Counted from the first letter of the whole stretch, positions 25,429 to 38,583 are shown. The stretch is 60,770 nucleotides of DNA, filler included, from Sphacelaria rigidula (GCA_964200075.2; 9 parts of 9 records of this genome joined end to end with filler, not necessarily neighbours in it); one strand, 5' to 3'. The notes: generated from the sequence alone by a model not told the origin. A program made the numbers and translations.

Positions 25429-26560
25429 CAGCTTGTCCGGTTGCTTGGCTTAACCGCCATTGCGCTAACTCTAGCGATCACGTCAAAGGGGTCCAAGCGC
25501 GACCTCCAGTGCCCAGAAACTGGTATGCATATGGGAGGACCCCGCCCCCTACCATATGACGCCGTCTTGCGTGGGTCAGCGCCCACTACCTCCGATTTTG
25601 TCGATTTCTGCATTTTCAGTACTCGCGCGATTCTCTTCACGGAGACACCTTCGGTCACCCACCTAATCTCCGACAACATGCGCTCCCGATCTGCCGCCCG
25701 CACCACCACGAGTGCCCCGCCGCCACCGATAACACCTGCAAATTCCACGAGCCACGCAACACAGGTCCCACGGACCAGCACGCAACGCTCCGCGAACACT
25801 CCTCCAGTGTGCACTACGCGCCGCGGACAATCTTCGCCGCGCACTACTACAGCCCCGCCGCCTACAACGGCGCCACCAACATCTACCGCTCCCGAGCATG
25901 GAGCTAACGACGTAGCTCCTTCTCCCGGGGCAGATATTGACGTCGGCACCCCTGCCCCGTAGCCTATTCTCCCGCTGCCTACCCCATCATATTTGGTCGG
26001 CTCGCCAGCGGAAGGTCAACTACGCGAGTTTCTCGCCAGCTACTCTCACCGCGCTTGGGCTCGCGAACAAGACGCGGAACCGCTATGTCGCGCAGTCATC
26101 CGATACTTACAATTCGACTGTCCAGTCCCTTTTCCATCCACCCTTCTGGCCCCGGTTGGCACACTGCCACCACCAGTTATTTCTGACGTATACGAGCTCG
26201 TGCGTAAAGGCACTCTTTTTACTACGGATGAAGGGGTACAACTACTCGTGCGTCGCGCCACGCCCTTGACAGGCGCAACTTCCGTCTCAACTACGGGACG
26301 CCACACACGACTTCTCGATGACGAACCAACGCGCATATATGTCCCATTATTAATACGCCCCTGGGTCATGAAAGGCTGCCACATAGACTTATCATGTCAC
26401 CTTGGCGTCACCCGCACCCTAGTGCTCTTGGATCGCTCCTACTGGTGGGTTGGCATGTAAATTTCTACCCGGTTCTGGATTCGGCGATGCTTCAAATGCC
26501 AAGCCCGAAAGACTTGACGGTAGACAGTACGCGGGCCCGTCATCTCTATGGGATATTCCG
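25429..26560 (+). mobile_element. Ty3/gypsy pol fragment (linker plus integrase HHCC zinc domain)
   Basis: RIYVPLLIRPWVMKGCH...CHLGVTRTLVLLDRSYWWVGM*...IRRCFKCQARK, with an in-frame stop. Confidence 0.85.
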
Positions 26561-27639
26561 TGGCCCGTGGCGAAGGATAGATAGTTTTATCTTTTGTATT
26601 ATTGGAGAGTGCCTAGACTGAGCTGCTGAGGGATCCGATGTTGAGAGTGAGCGCTCATGGCAGCTCGGTAGCTGCCATGAGCGGGATACTGTAGTCACAC
26701 ACACTCGACTACCAGTATCTGCACGTCGGCATCATTCTATCCGCACGTGTGCATGTTCACTCAGTGTACCTGTTCACATGAACACCCCCTCTGAACCGGT
26801 ACATCAGTCGTCGTGGCTTTTTTCTCTCTCAAAACAAAAAAAGTTTCAAGGGGGAAACCCGGCCATCCGGGCAAAAACCCCCTCCCGTACGGAAGAAAAG
26901 TAAGATAGGGCAGGCTGGAGTAAGGTGGGATAAAGAAGTCAAGAAAGTGTGGAAGGNNNNNNNNNNNNNNNNNNNNNNNNNNNNNNNNNNNNNNNNNNNN
27001 TTAATTAATTAANNNNNNNNNNNNNNNNNNNNNNNNNNNNNNNNNNNNNNNNNNNNCCCCCCCCCCCCTTACGGAATGAAAGTTCTTGATTACATTTCCT
27101 CTTTCTGGCCCCCCCCCCCCGCTACGAACCTCACGCTGTAGTTCAAGTGAAGCATCAGATCCGCACCCCCGCAGCCCCCTCTTATACCCCGTACTACCCG
27201 TACCGAGTCTGATCCGAAAATCAATACAAACATTCTATGGCCCTGACGCAAAAGGGAAGTGGACATCGGGAAAAAGGTCCCATGTTTTCAACTTTGGTCT
27301 GATTGCAGTTCGTGAGCCCCCCCCCCCATCTTCCGCAAGTAACGGCGGTGAGGTTGTTCCTCGAATCTCTACATCAGAATGGCCCAGTGCGTGTCAAGAG
27401 GCAGCCTTTGTCTTCTTTTGGAAGTCCTGGAGAGGAACCCGTGTTCTCAACTACCCCTCGGCTACAAGAGATAGCCCTTGTCTTCTCCTTGAAGTCCTGG
27501 AGAGAACACCGTATTCTTCACTATCCCTCGGCTACAGTTTGTCGCCTACCTCGTGCGAGCCGCAACGGGCGTAGCGTAGCCCCCGTTCGACGCAGGTACA
27601 TTGTAAACAACATTTTTCGTTGTACTTTCAATCCCTCCC

Positions 27640-27940
27640 CTTCGTTGGAGCTGGTTCATGGTCTCGGGGGAATTAATACATAACTCCCCAGGTATGTACA
27701 TGTATACCTGACATTTTGGTGTCGCGGATTGGACCAGCACTACCGCACCGTGTCCACTTTCGGCACATTTGCTTTTGCAACTCGCGTCCTCTCGTTTTCA
27801 TTGACAGAAGTCAGTTTTTGGTCAGAAAATAAATCATCTACTACTCGTATGGGGATTCGAGCCCTCAGCCGTCCACCCTGGCCGACTTGACGCGTAGCAC
27901 TTCACCACTCACACTTACACCGTCGGGGCACAGTAGCTCA
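27640..27940 (-). mobile_element. tRNA-derived SINE, family 1 (diverged)
   Basis: Shares the CATTTTGGT.TCGCGGATTGG..CAGCACT body and the tRNA-like head with 507-820 and 56000-56280. Confidence 0.6.
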
Positions 27941-28084
27941 AGGCATGTATGCCCTGTTTTTCATTTCATGCCATGCTAAAGCATGAGAAGGAGACTAGGT
28001 GAAGAGGGAGGGGGGGGGAGGGAGAGAGAATAAAACCATGAAAGTTGATGGGCTGCAGGCAGTTGTGATCCAATGCTCTTGTGT

Positions 28085-28330
28085 CCAGAGCATAGCACCT
28101 CCAGCACACCTCCAGGTCTCCAGCACACCTCCAGGTGCATGAGGGTGCTGCTTGTTGATATGGTGGTTTTGGATATGATTTCATTTTTTTCAGATTGGGC
28201 CGTTGGACATTCTCTGGAGAATGACCATGGCTGCTTGACATATGATACGTATATGCGAAGGTGCTGATCTCTTCCGGTAGCAAAGACTGCGCGTGCATGT
28301 GGGTGAACAACATATGGCTTGAAGTTTTTA
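28085..28330. repeat. Dispersed repeat with a diverged second copy at 32175-32380
   Basis: Alignable segments CACCTCCAG.ACAC..CCAGGT...TGACCATG.CTGCT...TGCTGATC.CTT..GGTA...CTTGAAGT. Confidence 0.65.
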
Positions 28331-28339
28331 AGCCCTAGT

Positions 28340-31300
28340 GAGGGAGGAAGCTCTTCGAGCAAGCCTGTGGCCTCGTTCTGAGTCTAGAAAGGTCGACAAT
28401 AAACGTTTAGTCAGGGAACCTGCTGGTTCCCGGGTAAGGGGTTTTCAGCTGCGGGGAGTCTCTGTACGGTTGTACAAGAGGTGTCGTCTGTACCAAGCGA
28501 GGACGCTCGCCAAAGCAGAAACGAACGAGTACGTTGGCTGCAAGCATTGCGGGGGAGCTTTTCAGGATGGCAACTTGCAGGAGAGGTGGCGGGAGAAGGT
28601 TAAGTCGACGACGTGAAGTTTGGTCTCCCTGAGTTGACCTTGGGAGGATCACTGAATCCACACCAGAGTACGGGAGTCTTTCTAGCAAGAGTGCATCGAG
28701 ACCTTTCCCCCAGAAAATATGAGGAGTGTGAGGGAGCTGTACAGAGAAGCAGTACGAGTCGGACAGTCAAGGCCGCTCACTGTTGACTGTAACGAAACTG
28801 GTGCCAGAGCATATTCGCGCATGTGCGTCTCAGACAATCTTCCACGGGATGATTCCAGACGATGACCCACTTAAGGAGGCGATTGGTGGAGATACGAAAT
28901 GGTGGACAGATGTGCCACTTGATCCCTTTGACGCTGTAGCTGGCGTGAAAAAGGGCGCTGGTCGCACGCACCGAGTCCGCGATGGCTGGTAGGATCGAAG
29001 GACAGTGGTGTGCCCTCGACGAGTGCTTCGCCGAGAACGTAATTGTTGAGCATGCGTTCCGTGAGGGTCGTTCCTTGAAAGCAGGACCCGCATATATTAT
29101 CATGCGAGCTACGCTCGCCGGCATGACCCCCCCGGAGTTCCAAACGACAGTTGAGAACATAGTGCACATGAAGGGGGAGGGGGTGGAAAGAGGAGCCTGG
29201 GTTAGTCTACGATACGGCTCGTGAAGCAGCAGAAGCGTAGAAGACGATGGAAGCGACTGATAATCAGCTCCTGTCACCAGCTGCAGCTGAAGCAGAAGAC
29301 TGGCAGCGGCACTTCTGCGTCAAAGAGACAGCCGTCAGGTGGTAGGACGGCGACTCCCGGGAATGGGACCGCGAGCCCCGGGGAATCTCGGGAACGGGAT
29401 CCGAGCTATGGTGGGCTGTTTCAAATGTGGAGATGAGGACTATATCTGGAGGGATTGCAAGAAGCTAGGCAAAGCTGCTGCTGCGAGGGATACTAAAGGT
29501 GGGCAGACGTAGGCCGGCGGCACGCAGTAGCAATAGCATCAGCAGTCACATGGTGTGGGACAGATACCTTGCAAAGGGGGCAAAGGTCCTGCCCCTACGG
29601 GGGCCGAGGTTTCAGGCGATGGAGGGGTGCTGCCAGCGGTGGAGTGATGCTGTCGCCCGTACCCGCCGTTTCTATTGGTGGAGTGCAGCATAACATGTAG
29701 GCGGAAACAGTCCCGGGCTGGAAATCTGAGACAATGCTGGCGTGGAGATCGCTCAAAGCTGGTGAGGTATCAGGGTTTCTGCCTGGGGGTTTGGTCGTGG
29801 ATAACAAAGAAGGAATTGTGGTGTTTCACAAGAAGTGCACCCCGATCGTAGCGTTGCTCCCGGGCGACCGATTTTCGGCGAGCGCTGCCTGATGATCCTC
29901 CTGCTCGTGTCGAGCCCCCGAAAATGAGGTTCAAACCTGGTGCTGTGGCGGTTTAGGCTAGGCCGCGGGTGTACTCTCCGGTTAAGAAGGTGTGTTTGGT
30001 ACGCTGCAAAGCGATATTGGTGACGCTCGGACTCGTGTACCGCACTTTACAGGCAGCGTGGGCAAGCGCGGCGATTGCGACGCCCAAGAACGACGTTTCC
30101 GACTGATGAGTGATTGCCGCGCTGTTGACAAGCTCACTGAAAAGGTGCCGCGTGTAATGCCAAACCACGGGAGAGGAGATGATCGATACTCTGGGGGCTG
30201 CTTTGCGTGGGAAGCTTGATGTGTTGCAGGGGTCCTGGCAGATGCCGGTGTCGGCTGATGCCCAAGACAATTTTCACCATCGCGACCCCTGACGGTCTGT
30301 TTACGCCTACGCGGGTGCCACAAGGCGTACTCAATGCTACAAGGTACCTTCTGGTTATCATGGGGGACCTGTTGTCTGACCTTCACTGGAAGGTATGGGT
30401 ACATGATATCTTGTTCGGGGCAACTGAAGATGACTTGTTGTGCACGCTGGGTGCGACTTGAGGCCGCCCGGAAGAGGCTGGTCTTTTTGCGCTGCATACA
30501 TGTGTATGTCTTACGGCACGCAAACTACGTGGTGTGGCAAGGTGCTCTGGGGTGGGCAAGTGGCGTACAACCGGGGGATAGGTTGAGCGGTTCGGCGAAT
30601 ATTAGACGTCCTCGAGCCGTGGGCGAGCTAACGCAACTTCTGCAGGCCGTGAGCTGGCTGCGAACGTCTCTACCATGCCTGGCTGAGGTGGTGGAGCCAC
30701 TTCGTGTCCTGCTTGAAGAGCACATGGCGGACACTGTGCCCCGAAGTAAGTAAGGTGCTTCATGCAGGACGATCGGGGGACGCGGCGTGGATGTCAGAGC
30801 GTATGCAAGCTTGGACTGAGCCGCAAGATTTTGTTGGCACATGCTTTTGCTTTGTCTCATCCCAAGAAGAGATACGAGGTGCTGATGTTTCCGCACGCAC
30901 CGGATCTTAACTAGGGTGGTTTCGTGACACTGATAGCAAACGATGAAACGAACCGCGACGTCGCGATGGAGGACACGAGTCACGGCGACCAAGTTGCCAT
31001 GGTCTAATGGTACCAGTCAGCGCATGATGCGTGAGATTGTCCGTAACTTGAAGGCCGTGATGCAAAAGGAAAGGCGCGATATTCGTGACTGGGTGAGCTT
31101 GGTACCTGCCGTGCAGTGGGCATGAAACACCGCTCTCCAAGAGCGCTTTGCGAGCACACCGTGCTATGCAATGTTTGGCCGGGAGCAAGCCCACGAGTTT
31201 CTCCACTCTGGCATCGTCAACTGGGGGCGTCTGGAACAATCGATGTACTTGACGAAGGAGGTTTGCGGTAGTGAGTGGCGTCTATCATCGAGGCACAGAA

Positions 31301-31859
31301 AGAGCCGCACAAGATGGTGGCGCAGCGTGTCGAGATGAAGCGCAAGATGCAGAGATGTGTGGCTAGTACGAGGCAGCTTCCAAACTTCGCGGTTGGGGAT
31401 GACGTGCTGGCGGCAAGGGTGAGGTGTTCGGGAACAACGCCGAGGCTCGTGAGCACGTGGACAGATCCTTGGCGAATCGTGACGGCGGAGAAACAGCACA
31501 TTCACGGGATTCAGAGCATTGTGATGAGTGGGGTATGGAACGTGCATGCCACCCGCTTCCAGTTCCACGCAGACAAGGAGCCGGAGCTTACTGCTGAACT
31601 GAAGAAAGTTTTCCAGCATGCTTTTGCACAAGCGGAGTACGACACGGCGGCTACCGTGGGTAACTCCGAGGCCGAGGCAGGAGACGGGTTTCACGTACGA
31701 GTGGAGTGGATCGAGTTTGGCCTGGAAAAAAACTCGTGGGAGTCTTCAAAAACTGTTTTAGAAGGAGCACCGCAGTTTGTGAAATCTGAGCTGCATAAGT
31801 TGGCACTCCGTGAAGAGGTGCGGGCACGTTTGCAGGCGAAGTATGGTGTTAACCTTTGA
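28340..31859 (+). mobile_element. Degenerate chromodomain-containing Ty3/gypsy retrotransposon with internal deletions
   Basis: Gag knuckle GCFKCGDEDYIWRDC (~29414-29461); RT FRLMSDCRAVDK, KLDVLQGSWQMP, TRVPQGVLNA, WVHD; start of RNase H; integrase PWSNGTSQR; GPY/F-like FAVGDDVL..W.DPWRI; chromodomain-like FHVRVEWIEFGLEKNSWE. Confidence 0.9.
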
Positions 31860-34223
31860 ATGCTGATTTCGTTATATTGTCGATTGCTGCTGGTGTGAGA
31901 TCGTATTGTGCTTGATGCGTTTTGCTTTGTGTGAGTATGATACGACTGAAAATTGTCTTTACTGCACCATTGACATCAGTGAGCCAGATTGAAACTTCTG
32001 AACTTTAGCGATGCCAACGTTCAGGTTTGCGCCGGCTACCACTTCTATTTGTAGAATATGATCTTGCATGGTCGTGTGTCATTTAACGGACGGCCGAAGG
32101 CAGAATAAACACGACTGTCGGTGTCTACCGCCCATCAAGGTCGCTTTGTATCTCGAGTAGTGCGGAGCCTTGAGTGTGCTGTAGAGTATATCACCTCCAG
32201 TACACGCCCAGGTACGTGAGAGGTTGTTTGTTGATGCAGCGGTTTATATGAAACTCGGCCATTGGGTATTATCAGGAGTATGACCATGACTGCTAAATAC
32301 ATGATATGTATGTGCGGAGATGCTGATCACTTCTGGTAACGAAGACAACGTGTGTGAGCAACATCTGTCTTGAAGTCTCCATATAGGAGGCGGGGCTGAC
32401 GTACGGGGGGGGGGGGAGAAGGGGGGAAGGACTGGTTTACAAAGGAAGTCGGTCTTGAGATTTTCCGTCGAACTGCGTGACATACTTAGTGTATCACCTA
32501 TGGTATAGGCTGTGACGAGCGGGGTTGGCATAGGAGGAGCAGGCAGTGGAGAGGGGGAGAGCATTTTTGAGGAGGGGGTTGAGCTTGGAGTTAATGGTCA
32601 CCCTGGTTAATATACCATCTGTTGTGTGCATCGTGGCAGGCGAGGCTGACGTAGCGGAGGCGGAGGCGGGAGGAAAGAGCTTTGCCGGTAGAAGAAGATG
32701 AGCTTGGGATCTCTTGGCCTCCCGGGAAAATCTTACCTATGGTGTGCGTCGTAGCAGGCGGGGTTGATGTACGGGTTGCGGAGGGGAACTGGGGGAGGGG
32801 TTCGCTGGTAGACGACGCCAAGCGCGAGCTATTTTGTTCGTTCTGGGCCCTACACCCCGTATATCAACTGTGGTATGCATTGTGGCAGGTGCGGAGAGTG
32901 GAAGGGCAAGCGCTGGTTTACGGAGGGTGTCGAGCTTGGGATTTGTTTGTCGCCTTGGGCGACGTACTATGTATATTATCCATGGTATGCATTGTAACTT
33001 AGAGAGTTGGCGTGGGTGGACGGGGAAGTGAATGGGGAAGCGCTTGCTTAAGGAGGAAACCAAGCATGAGATTTGTTGTCGCCCAGGGTGCAAGTAGGAG
33101 CGGGAATAGACGAGAGCAGGAAATGTCTTCTGGGCAATGTCAAGGTTGGGATTGGTTGTATGCCTTAGTGCTATTATATTCCATATACTGCCGGTGGTAT
33201 TCCTCGTTGCAGGCGGAACTTTGGCTGAGGGGACGGGAACTGGTTGCTTGTGAAGGGGATACAGCGGGTTTGTGTTCACCTAGCGTGCCATACGCATGTG
33301 AATGGGGGTGGAAGACGGGGACGAAGGCTTGATCGAAGAGGAAGTTGAGCTCGGCATTTGAATTTTCCCCAGGTGCTACACGCGAGGGAGTGGGAGTGGG
33401 AGTGGGAGTGGGAGTGGGAGCGGACGTTGACAAGGGCTTGCTTGCAAAGGAAGGCGAGCTTCACATTTATTTGCTTCTTGGAGGAAGTCGAGCTTGAGGT
33501 GTCGTTCTTCGTGACACGCGTACGTCGACGGGGGGAAGTAAGGGAGGAGGCTTTACCCCAGTTGGGCTACAATCTACCCATGTCTAACACATGATACAGC
33601 TGTTGCTCACCCTGACCCTAACCCCGATCCATGACATACCAAGAACTCTCGGCAGGGAGGGGGGGGGGGGGGGGGGGGGGGCGTTTTTTTTTCTTGTTGT
33701 CTTATGCTTTGAAACACTANNNNNNNNNNNNNNNNNNNNNNNNNNNNNNNNNNNNNNNNNNNNTTAATTAATTAANNNNNNNNNNNNNNNNNNNNNNNNN
33801 NNNNNNNNNNNNNNNNNNNGGGGGAAGATGGCTTCGCTCGGTCGCAAGTGCTTCGCGTCTTCCCTGCAAAAGAGAAATGCCACTTCAAGCCCATTTTTTG
33901 TATGAACCCCATTTTCTAGGATCCACTGTTAAATGGAGATTCCGATGGCGGGATGAAACAAATGCGGGTAGGGATCAAAGGGAAAACGGCAAAACGGGCA
34001 GGAAAAATGGATTAGGGGATAACCACACTCCGGGCACAGAAAGGTAAAATTGTCAGTAGTTCGAAGAGGAAGAGAGAAGCGCTAGTCGAGCACTACCGTA
34101 AACTAGGAACACCAAAAACAACCACGGAGTTTAAAATGGAATTCGAAAAAGAATCAACGCGTGGGCAAAGGTAAGTGTAGAGACGTCAAAACGGGAGGAT
34201 AGGGGCTCGAAAGAATAGCAGAA

Positions 34224-34656
34224 AACAGTGGATTCTCGAACATGGTGTTGAAAAAAATAATGAGGTTCAACTCAAAAGCCGTGCTTTCCCTGATCCAAAT
34301 TCATGACACATGACTTTCATATAGATGACCCCATCCCCCCCGACTTGCCTAAGACTATTTCGGGGGATTTCTAGCCTTCCGTTTCCCCCAAGGGTATGTA
34401 TGTGCGAAAGCACGATTTTCGGCCCAAAAAAAACGTCGTTTTTTCACCCCGAATTCGAGGCAAAAATGTGCTTTCGCACAACATACCCTTTAAGGGGATG
34501 GAAGGCTAGAAACCCCCAGAAATAGTCTTCGGGAGGTCGGGAGAGATGAGGTCGTCCGTATGAACGTCATTTGTCATGAATTTAGGCCAGGGAAAGCACG
34601 GCTTTTGAGGTGAACCTCGTTATTTTTTTCAACACTATTTTCGAGAATCCACTGTT
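34224..34656. mobile_element. Foldback MITE, family FB2, nested in the LINE
   Basis: ~430-bp near-complete palindrome AACAGTGGATTCTCGA...TCGAGAATCCACTGTT. AGAA on the left; AGAA on the right after an extra GTTGTT. Confidence 0.88.
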
Positions 34657-35274
34657 GTTGTTAGAAGAGGGAGTTTACCAGAGATGAAGTAAAGGAGTGC
34701 GTAGCTAAACTCAAGAACAGAAAGGCAGCAGGGGCAGACGAGATAGTGAATTCATTTTTCAAGTACGGGGGAGAGGGAATTATTACCATGATGGTTATGC
34801 TGAATAATTGGATCTGGGGAAACGAGTACACACCCAAGAAGAGGTGGAGATAATAGTAAGAAGGAGTAGTCGTCGACCTTTTAAAAAAATAAAAGGAGAG
34901 AAGGCTGAACCAGGGAATTATGGAGGGATAACGCTACTGAGCACGGTAGTAGGGAAAACATTCCGGAAGATTCTGGACGATAGAGTAGGAGCGATGCTAG
35001 AAAAGGAAGAGGAAATCAGCGAGGGACAAGCAGGAGTAGACCAAACCGTAGTTAGTTGCGTAGACCATGTGTACACACTAGGTAAGATTATTCAGGGTAG
35101 GAAACACACCGCGCTGACAAATAAATGTACTGTTTTTTTCTGGACGTGCAACAACAAGCTTATGACACAGTATTATGAAGAAAGGGGTTGTGGAAAAAGT
35201 TGTGGAAAGCTGGGATCAGAGGAAAGGTATGGAGAATGGTGCAGAAGATGTAGATTTTTTTGTCGCACTCTGAA

Positions 35275-35445
35275 CCCCTCCCCTTCCTCGGGCTGAGTCC
35301 GTGGTTTCAAGGGATCAGCCCATCTCTCCCCCGCTACACGCCTTGCATTTTGGTCTTGCGGATTGGGTCAGCACTCCCACACCGTGTCAACTCACGTCAA
35401 ACAAACTCAGTCGACTGCTTCGGTTACTTCCGTTCTCACGCATAG
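35275..35445 (-). mobile_element. SINE family 1 fragment nested in the LINE RT
   Basis: Matches 56000-56160 and interrupts the RT just before the IDGEIS..QG region. Confidence 0.7.
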
Positions 35446-35739
35446 ACGGCGAAATATCGAGCTATTTTGATATTTTACAAGGAGTTGCACAAGGATGTAC
35501 GTTATCACCCGTATTGTTTAAGGTGTTTATTTATGAGTTGATGAAAGCAATAATAATAGAAGAAGTAGCAAAACAAGGGGTCAACGTGGGTGGAGATATG
35601 GGATCAGGATTGATGTTCGCCGATGATTTTGTGGGGATTTCAGAAATACCAGAAGGAAGAAGGATTGCAGAAACGGATAGACAAGACGCTGGGATACACT
35701 ATAATAGGCCGTGGAGAGTGACAGCGACCTTTCACAAAT

Positions 35740-36039
35740 AACAATGTTTTCGTGAGATTGAGAGTAGAGGATACGATTGAGAGTAAAATGCGGTCAATTA
35801 GTGAATGCATCGTTTCTGTTCCGAAATACCCCTCAACGAGGCCCAATATGCTTTCTGCAGCAGCTTGCCACTGAGGTCCTTGATGCCCCTGGGTAGAATA
35901 TCGACGTATAGCTATACGCACACGCTAGTGATGGAGGTGAAGAAAAGTACAGACGGAGTGAAAAAATGGCTGAGAGCAAGCGAATGATCAAAGTCACTCT
36001 CAATCAGCGTTCTACTCTCAATCTCACGAAAACGTTGTT
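35740..36039. mobile_element. MITE family M2, AAAT target-site duplication, nested in the LINE
   Basis: ~29-bp TIR AACAATGTTTTCGTGAGATTGAGAGTAGA, with AAAT on both flanks. Confidence 0.92.
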
Positions 36040-36146
36040 AAATGCGCGGTACTTGTCTGTAACGAAGATGATAAAAATCCGGTAGAGTTCAAATAATGGA
36101 AGTGGGGAGAAGAGCCATTGTCGATCGTAAACCAGTATACATACCT

Positions 36147-36394
36147 GACACTTTCTACGATAGCCCCCCCAAAACCAGCCCAAAAGCGTCACGAAAAATA
36201 TGGCCATACAGCCCCTGATGTTTGGGTTCAGGCTGCATGAAGCGCCAAACATTGGCAACATTGGCGAGAACAAGCCCAAGCATGGGAATTCCCAGCTTCT
36301 CATTGTGCTCGGTTTTTCCCATTTCGATTTACGTGAAGGTTTTGCCTCCCAAAACCATGTACATTTGGGGGGGGGGGCAATCGTAGGACGTGTC
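36147..36394. mobile_element. MITE family M3 (GAC...GTC ends, C/G-run inside the TIR), nested in the LINE
   Basis: TIR GACAC..T/CCTACGAT.GCCCCCCC with flanks ACCT/ATCT. Removing it plus one flank restores LINE codons TAT ACA TAC CTT GGC (YTYLG). A second copy lies at ~40190-40418. Confidence 0.85.
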
Positions 36395-37566
36395 ATCTTG
36401 GCGTAGAGATTTCAATAAGATATTCATGGGATGCACACATAAAATTTATAAATTGTTAGAAAAGGGTAAGGCACAGACAGGCAGGGTGGACGTGATCCTC
36501 AGAGACCCGCACCTAGACACCAGGATTAAGATATGTACCCTAATGAACGTGATCGTACAAAAGCTGTAATGTGCAGGAGAAGTATGGGAGGAGAACGTGA
36601 AGTTGGTGGAGAAGTTGGAAACAATACAGAAGATGGCAGCAGCTAAGTACTTGAATGCTCGAAAACGACGAGTAATACAGTTTGAAGAAGAGCAGAGTTG
36701 GGAATGTACTCACTTGAAACTAACAACAGAGACCTGAGAAAATTGTGATGGCAATATAGTGTGAAGAACACGCAGGGAAAGAGATTGCCAGCTGTTGATA
36801 AGGCTGTATGGAAGAGAATTGCGAAAGGGCGGGCTGGAATAAGGTGGGATACAGAAGTCAAGAAAGTACGGAAGGAGACGGGAGGAAACCAAGACAAAAT
36901 ACTGTCCATCCATGGGTGAAGGCGCGGGGGACGAGACAAGAGTAGTACAAGACGTGATAAAAATAAGGAGGGAAGGGGCGCTCAGACGCAAAGTAGACGA
37001 GGAAGAACGCGCCTGAAGATATACGGGGGGTTGAGAGAGAGGATAGGGATGAAAGCATATATATATATATATATATATATATGGCCCAATGGACTCCGCG
37101 AAAAATCTGGAACTGCGATTCCGGGTGGGGGACCTGGACTTGCCAGAAAGAATAAAGAGATTTACCAGTAGTGGTAGTCGAGAGGAGAAGGGAGTAGATG
37201 CACAGAATTGCCCCTGAGGTAATGCAATAGAGAACATAATAACTCATATATATTGTGGCAGAAGGAGGAACGGGACGTGTCGGAGGGGGGAAATTTGGAG
37301 AGTAAAACGAAGGTGGCATGAAACCGTTTGATACATTAGACAGTCAGTAGAGAGAAACAACTGTGGCTATAGTAGGAAATAGATAGTGGCCACAGACAGA
37401 CGGCGAAACAGGGCGGGGATAAGATAATAATATGTAAAAAGTTTTTGGTGTAATGTATGGAAGAAACGTAATGAGCCCCTGCATGTTGGAGGTGTCTCTA
37501 TTAGGAATAGGGACGGTGCTCCGTCTCGAGAGGGATGCGTGGTCAATGGTCAAACGACTAAGGTAA

Positions 37567-37900
37567 CACACGCGGCCATTCGGCTACCTCCATAATTCCT
37601 CCAGGTGGGTACTCTTTTCGAGCCCCCAGAGGAATTACACGCCTCCGGAGGGGTGCGCAGCCCTCCAGAGGATATTTAACTTCCTCCAGAGGGATTGAAC
37701 GCCTACTCAGACTTATTCTCGCCTGCTAGAGGGCCGCGCATACCCACAAATTCCTCCGGAGGGGTGCGCGGCCCTCCGGCGGGTCGGTAGAGTTTCGTTC
37801 CCTCCAGAGGGATGGAAGGCCTCCGGAGGCTTGTTTTCCCCCTGGAGGGTCGCGCATCCCTCCGAAGGCATTTTGGGGTCTAGCCAAATGGCCGCGTGTG
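37567..37900. mobile_element. MITE with CAC...GTG ends (CMC/EnSpm-like) inserted in the LINE 3' end
   Basis: 20-bp TIR CACACGCGGCCATT(C/T)GGCTA, internal CCTCC(A/G)GAGG repeats, and AA duplicated at the site. It splits the conserved GACTAAGG.AAGCAACAAATG motif. Confidence 0.85.
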
Positions 37901-38583
37901 AAGCAACAAATGAGTACGCCCCCTCCCCCCACCCCTAGGTGACTGTTCATGTATGGGAATTACGCTATTGCTCAGTTTCATAGGCGGGGGGATTGGTACA
38001 ATAGTACGGTTCATTGTGATTGCAGGCGAAGGCTTACCGGAGAACATAATATATTATGCTCCCGTTACATCTCGTATGTGACCACATAGTATTACATGGT
38101 GAATAACGGGTATGTAAAGTAACTCAACCGATTGATTAGTGAAGCGAGCGAAGCACGGAAAATTATAACCCCCCCTGTGAATCACACTTATGAGAACTCA
38201 ACATACCTTATAGTTCTGTCCGAGAACCTTTTATTGGTTCTATTCATGGGAACGTTCTTGCACCGAGGAAGGTTCCTCGGACGTCCGCTAGATCTTTGGA
38301 GGATGGTCTGTTTTATCTCGGAATATCGGGACAATATCAGACCGAATATGCCCAAGAGTCACAAAACGTTGTACACACCAAACCCAAGGTGATCTACACG
38401 TTGAACTGAACTCTACAGTCTAGGCCAATGTCCGTCGGTACATGGTGCCTTGATCCATGTCCTGTTGTCTGAGAGCTGTATGGATAGATCGCAGATCATC
38501 CCCACCTCATCTCACAACTTCTTCTCTTCACCTCCACTCTGTCTGTCAAGCTCACTCGAGCTCTATCCTGTCCACTCAACGCT

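Larger units (their letters stand above)
33935..37935 (+). mobile_element. Degenerate LINE (RT ORF2) with a poly(C) 3' end, interrupted by five nested insertions
   Basis: RT motifs KLKNRKAAGADEI, PGNYGGITLLS, ISEGQAG, QGVAQGCTLSPVLF, MFADD and YTYLGV. C-terminal LRFRVGDLDL...CP region. Ends GAGTACGCCCCCTCCCCC. Confidence 0.92.

Noticed and set aside
25416..25962. Mucin-like Thr/Pro-rich ORF as a host gene
   Set aside because: It runs directly into the gypsy integrase zinc domain, so it is better explained as a retrotransposon pol linker.
30101..30125. Hammerhead ribozyme core candidates (CTGATGA)
   Set aside because: No properly placed GAAA or flanking stems were seen by eye, and this instance lies inside gypsy RT coding sequence.
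28085..32380. 28085-28330 and 32175-32380 as the two LTRs of the gypsy element
   Set aside because: The copies are strongly diverged and lack TG...CA ends, a PBS and a PPT. They look like a separate dispersed repeat.
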